NCBI GenBank assembly: GCA_002781785.1
Contig: PFGC01000020.1
Location: 1 to 42,083 of the forward strand
Length of the DNA: 42,083 bases
Origin: Candidatus Kerfeldbacteria bacterium CG15_BIG_FIL_POST_REV_8_21_14_020_45_12
Lineage (GTDB): Bacteria; Patescibacteriota; Patescibacteriia; UBA9570; XYC2-FULL-38-9
Reading direction: 5' to 3'
Below the pieces are notes generated by a model. It worked only from the letters and a program-made list of their open reading frames with translations. It had not been told where the DNA came from and searched no databases. A program made the position numbers and the translations under genes. Below, in pieces: positions 22,456 to 31,200 of the stretch (positions within the stretch are counted from its first letter, which is position 1; each line of letters starts with the position of its first letter).

Positions 22456-22686
22456 CTAGAAAGCGAACAGAATCAAGAATGTAATAACCAGAGCGTAGAT
22501 CGAAGTTGACTCCGTAATAGCCATACCAATGATCATGCGCGTGAACAACTCGTCCTTAATGCTTGGGTTTCGACCCATAGCTTCAAGTGCCTTACCGGCA
22601 ACAATTCCTTCACCGATTCCGGGTCCAATTGCTCCAATACCGATGGCGAGTCCAGCGGCCAGAAGTTTCGCAGCTTCAACGTCCAT
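22456..22686 (-). CDS. atpE: ATP synthase F0 c subunit with Na+-binding signature
   Basis: Helical hairpin GPGIGEG...RNP...ITESTSIY. Confidence 0.97.
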   Translation of the reverse strand: MDVEAAKLLAAGLAIGIGAIGPGIGEGIVAGKALEAMGRNPSIKDELFTRMIIGMAITESTSIYALVITFLILFAF

Positions 22687-22783
22687 AATTTTTACCTTTT
22701 TACTTAGTTATATTTTATATCGTGGGAAGTGTCCCGATCGAGCCACCACTGTCGGTGAATCAATCGCGCCACTCCTGTCAAGA

Positions 22784-23548
22784 CTAACTCGCCGTCTCGG
22801 TCGTTTTTTCTTTAGTAATAATAGCCATTTGAAAAAATATCACTATCAGGATCGGGAAGACAAAGGCCTGAATAACAGAACTTAGTAAGCCTAGCATCCA
22901 AAAGGGAATTGGTATAAAGAGCGGTGCAATTGATAGCATTACTGCGGAAATAACTTCTCCGGCAAATATATTTCCGAATAAACGAAAGGACAGGGACACA
23001 ATTTTGGCTATTTCACCAATGATATCCAATAAGCCAAGGGCGAAGTTTAGACACCTTTCCATGATATTACCACCAGAAAAATTGAAAAACTTGCCGGCGT
23101 AGCCAAAGAAACCACCGCTCACTATTGCAATCAATTGCCAGATAATGAAATTAGCGAAAGTTAGGACAAAAATCAGGGAATAATTGGTAGCAGGAGACCT
23201 GTATAAAGGTGCGTCGGAAACCGTAATAACTCCAAGACCTGGTATAAAACTAAACAAATTTGCGCACAGGAAAAACAGCGCCAAAGTAGCAAACATCGGA
23301 AACGCCCTGGCGGTTAATTTTTCATCTTTAAAGATGCCGTGTACAAAATCCCAAGCTCCCACTACGAAAGTTTCAATAAATAGCTGTAACCGACCTGGAA
23401 CTTCCTTTAATCTGCGGGCCGTAAACACAAAAACTACCATCAAGATTATCGCAATTAGCGATGTCCATAACATGGAGTTAGTAACACTGAAGCCTGCTAC
23501 ATCGAACAAGGTTTCAGGTTTTAGACTAATTTCAATTTGTGCTGCCAT
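22784..23548 (-). CDS. atpB: ATP synthase F0 a subunit
   Basis: VPGRLQ..E, LSFRLFGNIFAGE (essential Arg), IQAFVF. Confidence 0.96.
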   Translation of the reverse strand: MAAQIEISLKPETLFDVAGFSVTNSMLWTSLIAIILMVVFVFTARRLKEVPGRLQLFIETFVVGAWDFVHGIFKDEKLTARAFPMFATLALFFLCANLFSFIPGLGVITVSDAPLYRSPATNYSLIFVLTFANFIIWQLIAIVSGGFFGYAGKFFNFSGGNIMERCLNFALGLLDIIGEIAKIVSLSFRLFGNIFAGEVISAVMLSIAPLFIPIPFWMLGLLSSVIQAFVFPILIVIFFQMAIITKEKTTETAS

Positions 23549-23551
23549 TTT

Positions 23552-23824
23552 TTAAAGGTTGCGAGCGTGTTTTTCCGTATTGCGGAAAATGAGCACGTTT
23601 GAAACCACTAGAGCCAAGAGAAAACTCACAACCACAATGACTCTACTGTCAAACATTTTGCCTAACAACCAACCGATGCCGCCGAATAGCACCATCGGAC
23701 CAAAGATATAGCCCGTAGTGATTCCGACCAGAGCCAAGGCCCGTCCATAGACGTTTTTCCCTGTGTTTCCGGCCGATTGCTGCTGTTCCGCTGCCTCGGT
23801 TGTTGTATGGTCTTCTGTACTCAT
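23552..23824 (-). CDS. AtpZ/AtpI-like small membrane protein
   Basis: Two TM helices (GGIGWLLGKMFD) at the head of the atp operon, directly after the promoter. Confidence 0.72.
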   Translation of the reverse strand: MSTEDHTTTEAAEQQQSAGNTGKNVYGRALALVGITTGYIFGPMVLFGGIGWLLGKMFDSRVIVVVSFLLALVVSNVLIFRNTEKHARNL

Positions 23825-23836
23825 TTTTGCGCAACA

Positions 23837-23865
23837 ATTCTACGAGTTATTTAAGAAACCGTCAA
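23837..23865 (-). promoter_or_regulatory. Sigma70 promoter of the atp operon
   Basis: TTGACG-N17-TAGAAT on the - strand, 12 nt before the ATG at 23824. Confidence 0.8.
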
Positions 23866-23923
23866 CGTTATTTTAAACCCTGGCATGTGGACAACAATTC
23901 CTTAACTGGCTTCCATGGCGCTC

Positions 23924-23952
23924 TTTACAAAAGAATAGCCCTCCCATAGAAT
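23924..23952 (+). promoter_or_regulatory. Sigma70 promoter of the CBS-transporter operon
   Basis: TTTACA-N17-TAGAAT, 30 nt before ATG 23983. Confidence 0.7.
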
Positions 23953-23982
23953 AGGGCTGGCTTATCCGCCAATTAATATCCT

Positions 23983-24453
23983 ATGCTAGTCAAGGATCAC
24001 ATCAGGCGAAATATCATCACGCTTCCAGATACAGCTGACTTTCGTCAGGCGCTGGAAACCATGGTTGAACACAAAACTAACGGACTCATCGTAGTTGATT
24101 CCGAGATGAAACCAGTTGGAGCGATAGACTCATTTTTGTTAATAAGGACCATGGTCCCAGATTACCTGAGACTAGATCCAAGTTTGGCTCAGTTTGAACC
24201 GGAGGGAGTTTTCTACAAACTAGTATCCTCAGCTTTAAACAAGCCAGTGAAAGAGATAATGCAGGAACTTCACGGTGTTAGAGTTAAAGAGAATGACCCT
24301 ATGATCTTAGCTGCTACTTTGGCCGCTAAGCATAGCTACCGCTACATTCCAGTTTGCGATGACGATGATAAGCTGGTTGGACTGGTGTCCAGGACCGACA
24401 TCAAGCGCGCCATGGCAGAACTTCTTAATATCAACGACACTCCAAAAACCTAA
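23983..24453 (+). CDS. CBS-domain pair protein
   Basis: Two CBS repeats (GLIVVD...PVGAI; IPVCDDDDKLVGLVSRTDI). Confidence 0.9.
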   Translation: MLVKDHIRRNIITLPDTADFRQALETMVEHKTNGLIVVDSEMKPVGAIDSFLLIRTMVPDYLRLDPSLAQFEPEGVFYKLVSSALNKPVKEIMQELHGVRVKENDPMILAATLAAKHSYRYIPVCDDDDKLVGLVSRTDIKRAMAELLNINDTPKT

Positions 24454-24459
24454 GACTAT

Positions 24460-25722
24460 ATGCAATTTGCGCTAGCCGTCTTCATATTTGTCATCGCCTA
24501 CGCTGTTATTGTATCTGAAAGAATCCACCAAACTACAATAGCTATAGCAGGTGGCGTGCTCATGGTGGTACTGGGCGTCATTAATCAGGAAATGGCCTTT
24601 GCGGCCATTGACTGGAATACCATTGGTTTGTTGATTGGCATGATGGTGATTGTCTTAATCACCAAAAAAACCGGCCTCTTCCAATACGTAGCAATTAGAG
24701 CAGCTAAGGTTGCCAAGGGAGATCCAATAAGAATCATGATATACCTAGCCCTACTGACGGGCTTTTTTTCTGCTCTTCTGGACAACGTGACTACTATCTT
24801 ATTGATTGCACCTGTAACCTTTGTTATTGCTGATAATTTGAAGATAAATCCACTGCCCATTATTATCGCCGAGATTATCTTCTCTAATGTTGGTGGTACC
24901 GCCACTCTCATTGGTGGTCCGCCTAACATATTAATCGGATCAGCCGCCGGTCTTACCTTTGTAGATTTCTTGCTCAACCTAGCTCCGATCGCCCTAATAA
25001 TTTCCTTACCATCTCTCTTAATTATTTGGTTATTTTTTAGGAATCAACTAAAGACCACCGAGGAACTCAAGAACAGTATTATGCGTTTTGATGCCAGCAC
25101 ATCAATTACTGACGTGGCTCTCCTGAGAAAATCCCTCTTTGTGCTAGCGGTAACCATGATCGGCTTCCTGGTGCACGCCTCCCTAGGGCTCGAACCAGCT
25201 ACAGTGGCGCTATTTGGCGCTGGTTTGCTTTTGGTGATTACAAATACCCATCCTGAAGAGGTTTTAAAAGAAGTTGAGTGGACCACAATTATTTTCTTCT
25301 CTGGTTTATTCATATTAGTGGCAGGCATCGAACACGTTGGTTTGATAGATATGATGGCTGAAAAAGTCCTACATTTTACAGCTGGCTCAATGACCGCTAC
25401 CACACTGACTATTCTGTGGGCCTCCGCTGTATTCTCCGCCTTTATTGATAACATTCCATTTGTTGCTACGATGATACCATTGGTCCAGGACCTCGGTCGC
25501 TCTGGTTTGGATATTAATCCGCTGTGGTGGGCCTTAGCGCTCGGCGGTCAAATTGGCGGTAACGCCACCCTAATCGGCTCTGCTAATAACCTGGTTGCAG
25601 CGGGCCTGACAGAAAAGGCCGGGTATAAACTTGGATTCAAGGAATATATGATAGTTGGATCTTCGGTAACTTTTGTATGTATGTTGATATCAACTGTCTA
25701 CGTCTGGTTGCGTTACCTTTAA
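24460..25722 (+). CDS. ArsB/NhaD (IT superfamily) permease
   Basis: IDWNTIGLLIGMM, LDNVTTILL, SNVGGTATLIG.PPN, IDNIPFVATMIP, GGNATLIGSANN. Confidence 0.92.
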   Translation: MQFALAVFIFVIAYAVIVSERIHQTTIAIAGGVLMVVLGVINQEMAFAAIDWNTIGLLIGMMVIVLITKKTGLFQYVAIRAAKVAKGDPIRIMIYLALLTGFFSALLDNVTTILLIAPVTFVIADNLKINPLPIIIAEIIFSNVGGTATLIGGPPNILIGSAAGLTFVDFLLNLAPIALIISLPSLLIIWLFFRNQLKTTEELKNSIMRFDASTSITDVALLRKSLFVLAVTMIGFLVHASLGLEPATVALFGAGLLLVITNTHPEEVLKEVEWTTIIFFSGLFILVAGIEHVGLIDMMAEKVLHFTAGSMTATTLTILWASAVFSAFIDNIPFVATMIPLVQDLGRSGLDINPLWWALALGGQIGGNATLIGSANNLVAAGLTEKAGYKLGFKEYMIVGSSVTFVCMLISTVYVWLRYL

Positions 25723-25725
25723 GAC

Positions 25726-26208
25726 ATGGCAGAGCACAAGGCGACAGCTTTATTGATAACTTGCATGGACTATAGATTTGTAGATTCCTTCTACAAAGAG
25801 GCTCATGCTTTGGGCATTGAACATTCCTATGACCGCGTAGCAATCGCCGGAGACATTAAAAATGTTGTCAGGCCGAGTAAGCCGGGGGACGCTGAGTTGA
25901 TTCTTAGGCAGATTGAAATTAGCAAAGAACTACACGATATCGAAGAGGTTGTGATAATTTCGCATCAGAATTGTGGTGCCTATGGTGAGCTAGCTGGGTT
26001 ATCAGCAGATCAAGAGCTATCTGTTCATACGCAAGATTTACTAGCAGCCCGAGAAATTATTATCAGTCGAGTTCCTGGTATCCGCGTCCTAACATTTTTT
26101 GCGACACTTAAAGAAGGTGATCACAACAATATTATGGCTTTAAAGAAATTACTTCATGATAGTACCTCAGGAAATACACGATCAACTTACCAGCAAGCAG
26201 TGGTATAG
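25726..26208 (+). CDS. Small beta-carbonic anhydrase-like zinc protein
   Basis: CMDYR and HQNCG give the Cys/Asp-x-Arg/His-x2-Cys beta-CA signature; the 3' end overlaps the next gene by 53 nt. Confidence 0.8.
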   Translation: MAEHKATALLITCMDYRFVDSFYKEAHALGIEHSYDRVAIAGDIKNVVRPSKPGDAELILRQIEISKELHDIEEVVIISHQNCGAYGELAGLSADQELSVHTQDLLAAREIIISRVPGIRVLTFFATLKEGDHNNIMALKKLLHDSTSGNTRSTYQQAVV

Positions 26209-27631
26209 ACAGCGCTTTGACGGCACCCCCCTTTTTTTGTATAGCATCGCTGCTGCAGAAATGATCCCCGACAGTAGGCGTCCAGCCGGTAGCCAAGCCG
26301 ATATCCAAGTTGGTTTTTTTGAGAATGAAAAAGCAGACTGGTATTTTGATGTAGCTGAAATTGACCGCGGCGCCGGAAGTTTGGTGCAACTAGCACTCAA
26401 GAACCCAAATGTAGTTACAGAATTTCTGCACGCCTGGAAGTTAGATGAAAGTCGTTTTGAGAAATTTTGTCTAAAGGCAGTGAGTCACTTTAGCTTACCT
26501 GACTTATCAGACGAAGCCTTACTAGCCCTTTGGAAAAAATACCAACAACTTGGAAACAAACGCTTCAGCTCCAGTGCAATTATAGATTACTTTGCCTTAG
26601 GCACTGATCGGTTAATAGCCGATAAAATTCGTGATGAAGTTGGAGAGACTGATAGTGAAACAATCTTTGCCCAGATATTTAGTGCTCTAACTGCTCCAGT
26701 TTATCAATCCTTTATAAACGAAGCAGAGATAGATTTACTAAAAATAGCCGCCGGAGATTCTACTGAGACAGTTGAGCAGTATCAGCAGAGGTATTTTTGG
26801 ACAAAGAATAACTACGCTACAGCTACCGATTTGCCAGTCAGTCACTTTGCAGAGGAAATTAAAGTATGGAAGCAAAGCGCTAATGACCTCAAGCACCATT
26901 ACGAAAGATTAGTACTGCTTCCTGAACAAAATCGTCGAACCAAGCATGACTTGATTGAAAAATACGACCTATCTCCGCACCTCCGTACTTTGATTAGCAT
27001 GACCGAAGATTTTACTTGGTGGCAAGACGAGCGCAAGAAGGCGACTATGCTCAATATTCACGTTGGCATGTTTTTATTGACAGAGATTTCCAAGCGAATT
27101 TCAATAGACTGTGATTTATTACTTTATGCTTTAGCGCCAGAAATATCTGCTCTCATCGGTGGTAATGGCCCGACAGCCAATGATCTAGCTGAGCGCAGGA
27201 GAGGCAGCGTTTATCTATTCACCCCTGAGCACAGTGTGGTGTTGACTGGAGCGGAGGTAGTGGCGGAAGTAAAGAAAATAATGACTCCAGATCCAGCTTA
27301 CGATGTGCCGGGTGACATTAGAGGTTTAATCGCCAACACGGGCAAGGTTCGTGGCACGGCTAAAGTTTTAAGTTCAGTAGATCAAATCAGTAAGATTAAG
27401 GATGGTGATGTCTTGGTTGCTGTTATGACCCGGCCTGATTACGTGCCTGCCATGAAGCGAGCCTCCGCGATTGTGACTGATGAAGGAGGGATTACTAGCC
27501 ATGCTGCGGTGGTAAGCAGAGAATTAGGAATACCTTGTATTATTGGAACAAAATTTGCAACGACTGTTTTTTCAGATGGCGATACCATTGAGGTAAACGC
27601 CAATCACGGCTGGGTTAGAAAGATCGCCTAA
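26156..27631 (+). CDS. PEP-utilising enzyme mobile (phosphohistidine swivel) domain protein
   Basis: C-terminal GDVLVAVMTRPD, IVTDEGGITSHAAVVSRELGIPCIIG; N-terminal ~370 aa helical, no ATP-grasp or TIM-barrel domain recognised. Confidence 0.88.
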   Translation: MIVPQEIHDQLTSKQWYRQRFDGTPLFLYSIAAAEMIPDSRRPAGSQADIQVGFFENEKADWYFDVAEIDRGAGSLVQLALKNPNVVTEFLHAWKLDESRFEKFCLKAVSHFSLPDLSDEALLALWKKYQQLGNKRFSSSAIIDYFALGTDRLIADKIRDEVGETDSETIFAQIFSALTAPVYQSFINEAEIDLLKIAAGDSTETVEQYQQRYFWTKNNYATATDLPVSHFAEEIKVWKQSANDLKHHYERLVLLPEQNRRTKHDLIEKYDLSPHLRTLISMTEDFTWWQDERKKATMLNIHVGMFLLTEISKRISIDCDLLLYALAPEISALIGGNGPTANDLAERRRGSVYLFTPEHSVVLTGAEVVAEVKKIMTPDPAYDVPGDIRGLIANTGKVRGTAKVLSSVDQISKIKDGDVLVAVMTRPDYVPAMKRASAIVTDEGGITSHAAVVSRELGIPCIIGTKFATTVFSDGDTIEVNANHGWVRKIA

Positions 27632-27647
27632 TTTTGACGATTAGGCG
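27625..27647 (+). terminator. Possible terminator hairpin overlapping the PEP-utiliser stop codon
   Basis: CGCCTAAT-tttgacg-ATTAGGCG followed by TTAATTTG. Confidence 0.5.
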
Positions 27648-27660
27648 TTAATTTGCCTCT

Positions 27661-27689
27661 TTGCAAAAAACAAAAAAAACTGCTATAGT
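27661..27689 (+). promoter_or_regulatory. Sigma70 promoter
   Basis: TTGCAA-N17-TATAGT with extended TG. Confidence 0.72.
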
Positions 27690-27718
27690 CGGATCAACGA
27701 TATATAATATTTTTGCGT

Positions 27719-28030
27719 ATGACTGACGCAGTTCCAAAATATCTTAGCGACAATGTTTTTGTTGAGCTAGGCTTGGCCAATCTATCTCTAGATCGTAAAC
27801 TGGTCATGCTTGAGCAAATGAACGAGGTTGTTCATAAGCGAGCCATGCTAAGAGTGTTAGAGCAATTACCAGAAGAAGCGAAACAAGACTTAGATTCTTT
27901 TACCGATCTGTCTCAAGCTGATCAGGCCGATCGGTTGCTTGCTTATGTACCAAATCTGGCTGCCATTCTTTTAGAAGAGGTAGATCAAGTGAAGACACAG
28001 ATGAAAGCCATTCGGGTAACCACTGAATGA
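27719..28030 (+). CDS. Small helical hypothetical protein (resembles CPR DUF5663-type)
   Basis: ATG 27719; ELGLANL...RVLEQL...VPNL..IL.EEV pattern. Family assignment from memory, not verified. Confidence 0.65.
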   Translation: MTDAVPKYLSDNVFVELGLANLSLDRKLVMLEQMNEVVHKRAMLRVLEQLPEEAKQDLDSFTDLSQADQADRLLAYVPNLAAILLEEVDQVKTQMKAIRVTTE

Positions 28031-28037
28031 TTTGGGG

Positions 28038-28235
28038 ATGTCTGAGGAGATTGGACAAAAACTGTCAGATAAAGAACTTAAAGAAGTGCTTGGTCGAATG
28101 GTTGACGCTTTTAACGAGTTTCATGAGCAAATGCGCGAGTTAGAAAAGAGGCAGCAGAATGTTATTGAGCATATTCAAAAAAGGATAGACGGCGAAAAAT
28201 TAGAAGATCTGAAAAAAAAGCTTGAACAAATGTAA
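28038..28235 (+). CDS. Small coiled-coil hypothetical protein
   Basis: 65-aa charged heptad-rich ORF that fills the gap between its neighbours. Confidence 0.65.
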   Translation: MSEEIGQKLSDKELKEVLGRMVDAFNEFHEQMRELEKRQQNVIEHIQKRIDGEKLEDLKKKLEQM

Positions 28236-28237
28236 TT

Positions 28238-31200
28238 ATGGCTGAGCCAATGCGACAAACTGAGACTCATGATCAAGTTCCTGAGTCAGTAGAATTGGTC
28301 GAAGACAAGGCTTTGACGCCGGAAATCGTCGAGTCAGTTCCTGGTCAATTGGAGGAGCGGGCTAGTGTACGAGTTTTAGAGTTTAAGCAGCGTGGTGCCG
28401 GATCAGCTGAAGTAGCCAACCCCTCAGAGCAAAGTGATCTAGCGAGTCTAGAAGGGGCTGTCCATGCGGTTGAGCAGCAGTTATATAAAAAGCTGGAAGC
28501 TGCCAGGGTTCGTCTACAAAGCGCCAGAGAGGCCAGCGCTAAGGTTAAATTTTGGGATCGCTCAGCCATGCGCGAAGCCAAGGCTGACGTTGAGGAGGCC
28601 ACAGAGGACTATCAATCGCTGATGACAGAACACCAAGACTCGCGGGCTGCCCAGTTAATACAGCGTCGTGAGCAGAGGGTTCAGGCTGAGCGCGATAATA
28701 GGCAGCGCAAGAGTTTATTTAGTCGAGTTGGACAACGCCTTACCAAGGACGCTGGCAGAGTACTGAGTGAGGATGCTCAAGCCCAAGAGAGGCTCACTAA
28801 TGTTACAGAGCAGTACGATGAAGCCGCTGCTGAGGTTGTTGCAGATCACATTAGTTTGGCGCTTCAAGAGATGGGAGCTTTAGCAGATCAACGCGCTATT
28901 GCCGAGCATGCAGAAACTAACGCCATTTATCAAGCCTATAAAAGCTTGAGCGAAATGAATCTTCAGGCAGTTTTAAAGTCGCTAGGAACTGACTGGGAGC
29001 CGTCTAGTTGGAGAGGTCGTTTAGCAGCCAAGGGGCTTAACGCTAGACTGCTAGTCAATTTATCACTTGTAGGAGGTGGATTAGTGGCAGGTGCTACTGG
29101 GTTTGGAGCTGCTGCTGGTGGCTTGCTAGTAACCAAGCGTTTATTATCTGGCCTAGCCTCTGGCTCTGGAACTTTTGACTTGGCGGGAATGCTACGCCAA
29201 AGAAAGTTGAATAAAGAGGTGGCTAAACGTTTAGATAAGGAGAGTCCTGCCAATCTTTCTACAGAAGATTTAAATAACTATATTGCCCAACTAGAATCAG
29301 CCGCTATTGTGAATGGTCGCAGGCCTACGATGGACAGGATGTACCAACGCTTGCAATCAGAGCGCGGTCGTCGTTGGAGTGCAGATCATCAATCAGAAGG
29401 CTTGGCCCCTCCAGAGAAAGCGGCCGACGCCATGCAGCAAGAGCTTGCCAGTATGATGCAAGATGCCGATAAACGCTTTCTTGATTTTGAAAGAGGTGAT
29501 CGTGATGCACAGGCTAGGTTTAAGGTGTATGGAGCTGCAGTTGGTGTTCTTATAGGCAGCGGTGAGCATGTTAGATTATTAAAGGGGTTAGTTGGAACAG
29601 CTTACGCCGCTGAGCCCGGGGCCGACGCTTTTATTGCTGCGCTTGAGGCTGGCAGCTTGCCTGATGGATTTACTATTGACGGAGCTCAGGCCGCCTTGAA
29701 ACATCTTGTGGAAATTAGTTCTACAACTTCACTCGGAGATATGAAAATGTTGTTAGTTGACGGTGGGACTATTGTCCAAAATGGAGACACCTTAGGTTTT
29801 CAAATGGCAACAGGGGAGTTGATTTCACTTGATTCACCGGAGGCGTTTGCTCGCGTGCCACAGCTTTCTGAGTTACTTAGCGCTGCAGACTCATTAGAAA
29901 CACCTGCTGAATTAGCAGAAGTTCCATTATCTACTGATGTTCAGCCACCTGCGGTAGATGTTGTGCATTCTGTACCCGCCGGCGATGTTCGTGTAGGAGA
30001 TATCACCGAACTTACTGCTGACAAAATTTCCGGGGCAGACACTGTTCATTTTACGGTCGATGGCACTGGAGTAACCTTAGATTACAAAGATGGTGTTTAC
30101 GAATTTGTTAGAGACAACGCTAATGCCAGAGGCATTAGGCCAGGTGTGGTAGTTGATGGTTTCGATAGGTTAGCTAAGGCTCACGCGGGGAGAGCGGATT
30201 CATCTTTTGTTTTTGGAACTAGCGTTCGTCTATCAAGGTATAGCGACATGTTGAAGGTTATTGAACAGATGCGCGAGGCAGGTCTTGCCGATACGCCTCA
30301 GTTCGCCAGCTTACAGACTCAAATCGCCGCTGAGTCCGCTAGCATTACACACGATTATGGGAATGTGCTAGTGAGTCCAATTATTGCGCCTGAGGCGCCT
30401 GCGGCTTCAGCTATTCCTGACAAGCTTCCGGGCACTTCAACAGCCACTGCAAGCACTGACTTGAGAGGTAGCGACCTTGCTCACGATAGCCTTGATTCCA
30501 CCCCAGTTCCGACATCACATTTTGACACGGCCACTGGAGGCTTCACCATGACACAAGGTGCTGAGGGATACACCTTCACCTTTCCTGACCCTAGCACTCA
30601 CTTCAGCCCAGGTCTGGCCCGAGACGACTTTATCGATATTGCTAAGGCTCATGCCGAAAAAGGTAGCTCGGGTTTTGTTATAGGGACGCAAATGAGTTTT
30701 GGAAGGCTTGAGCAATTACTACAGGCTAACCAAGCTCTGGAATCAGCCGGGCTAGCCAATCAACCTCAGCAAGTTGCTTTAGCCGCTGAAATTCAAAGCC
30801 ACATTAATTCTATGGCTCGTGAATACGGTAATGTTTTTAATTCTGACTTAATGGGCCATCCTGGCATGCCGGACACAGTGCGTACTCCAAACTTTGCTGC
30901 CTTAGCCTACGAGAAGCTTCCTGATCTCACTGGCGCTAGAGCTGTGGAGCGTGCAGCTGACTGGCAGGAGTCAGGTAAAACGCCCAGTGGTTTATTTGAT
31001 GATGAGTGGGACAGGGCCACTAAACGGGCCATCAGCCCAGTAACTCCAGGCAAGGTAGTTGATGGCTTTGCTCGTGGAGTACGCGGTACAGACGACAGTT
31101 TAAATAGAACTCTAGATGTCGGTGCTTACAAAGCTCAAGATTGGGTTGACGATAACATTGCTCCAAATACTGACCCCACAGCTCAACTACCAGTAGATCA

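Noticed and set aside
23886-23970. DnaA-box-like TGTGGACAA (23886) and TTATCCGCC (23962) at the strand switch
   Set aside because: Only two imperfect boxes, no dnaA/dnaN nearby, and the region is explained by divergent promoters.
24585-25454. Long antisense ORFs opposite the permease (also 3588-4256, 21213-21518, 23184-23555, 40946-41314)
   Set aside because: Shadow ORFs of well-supported genes with no motifs or independent expression signals.
26156-26208. 53-nt overlap of the CA-like and PEP-utiliser genes as a programmed frameshift or fusion
   Set aside because: Both have their own plausible start and complete motifs; a non-conserved C-terminal run-on of the CA-like gene is simpler.
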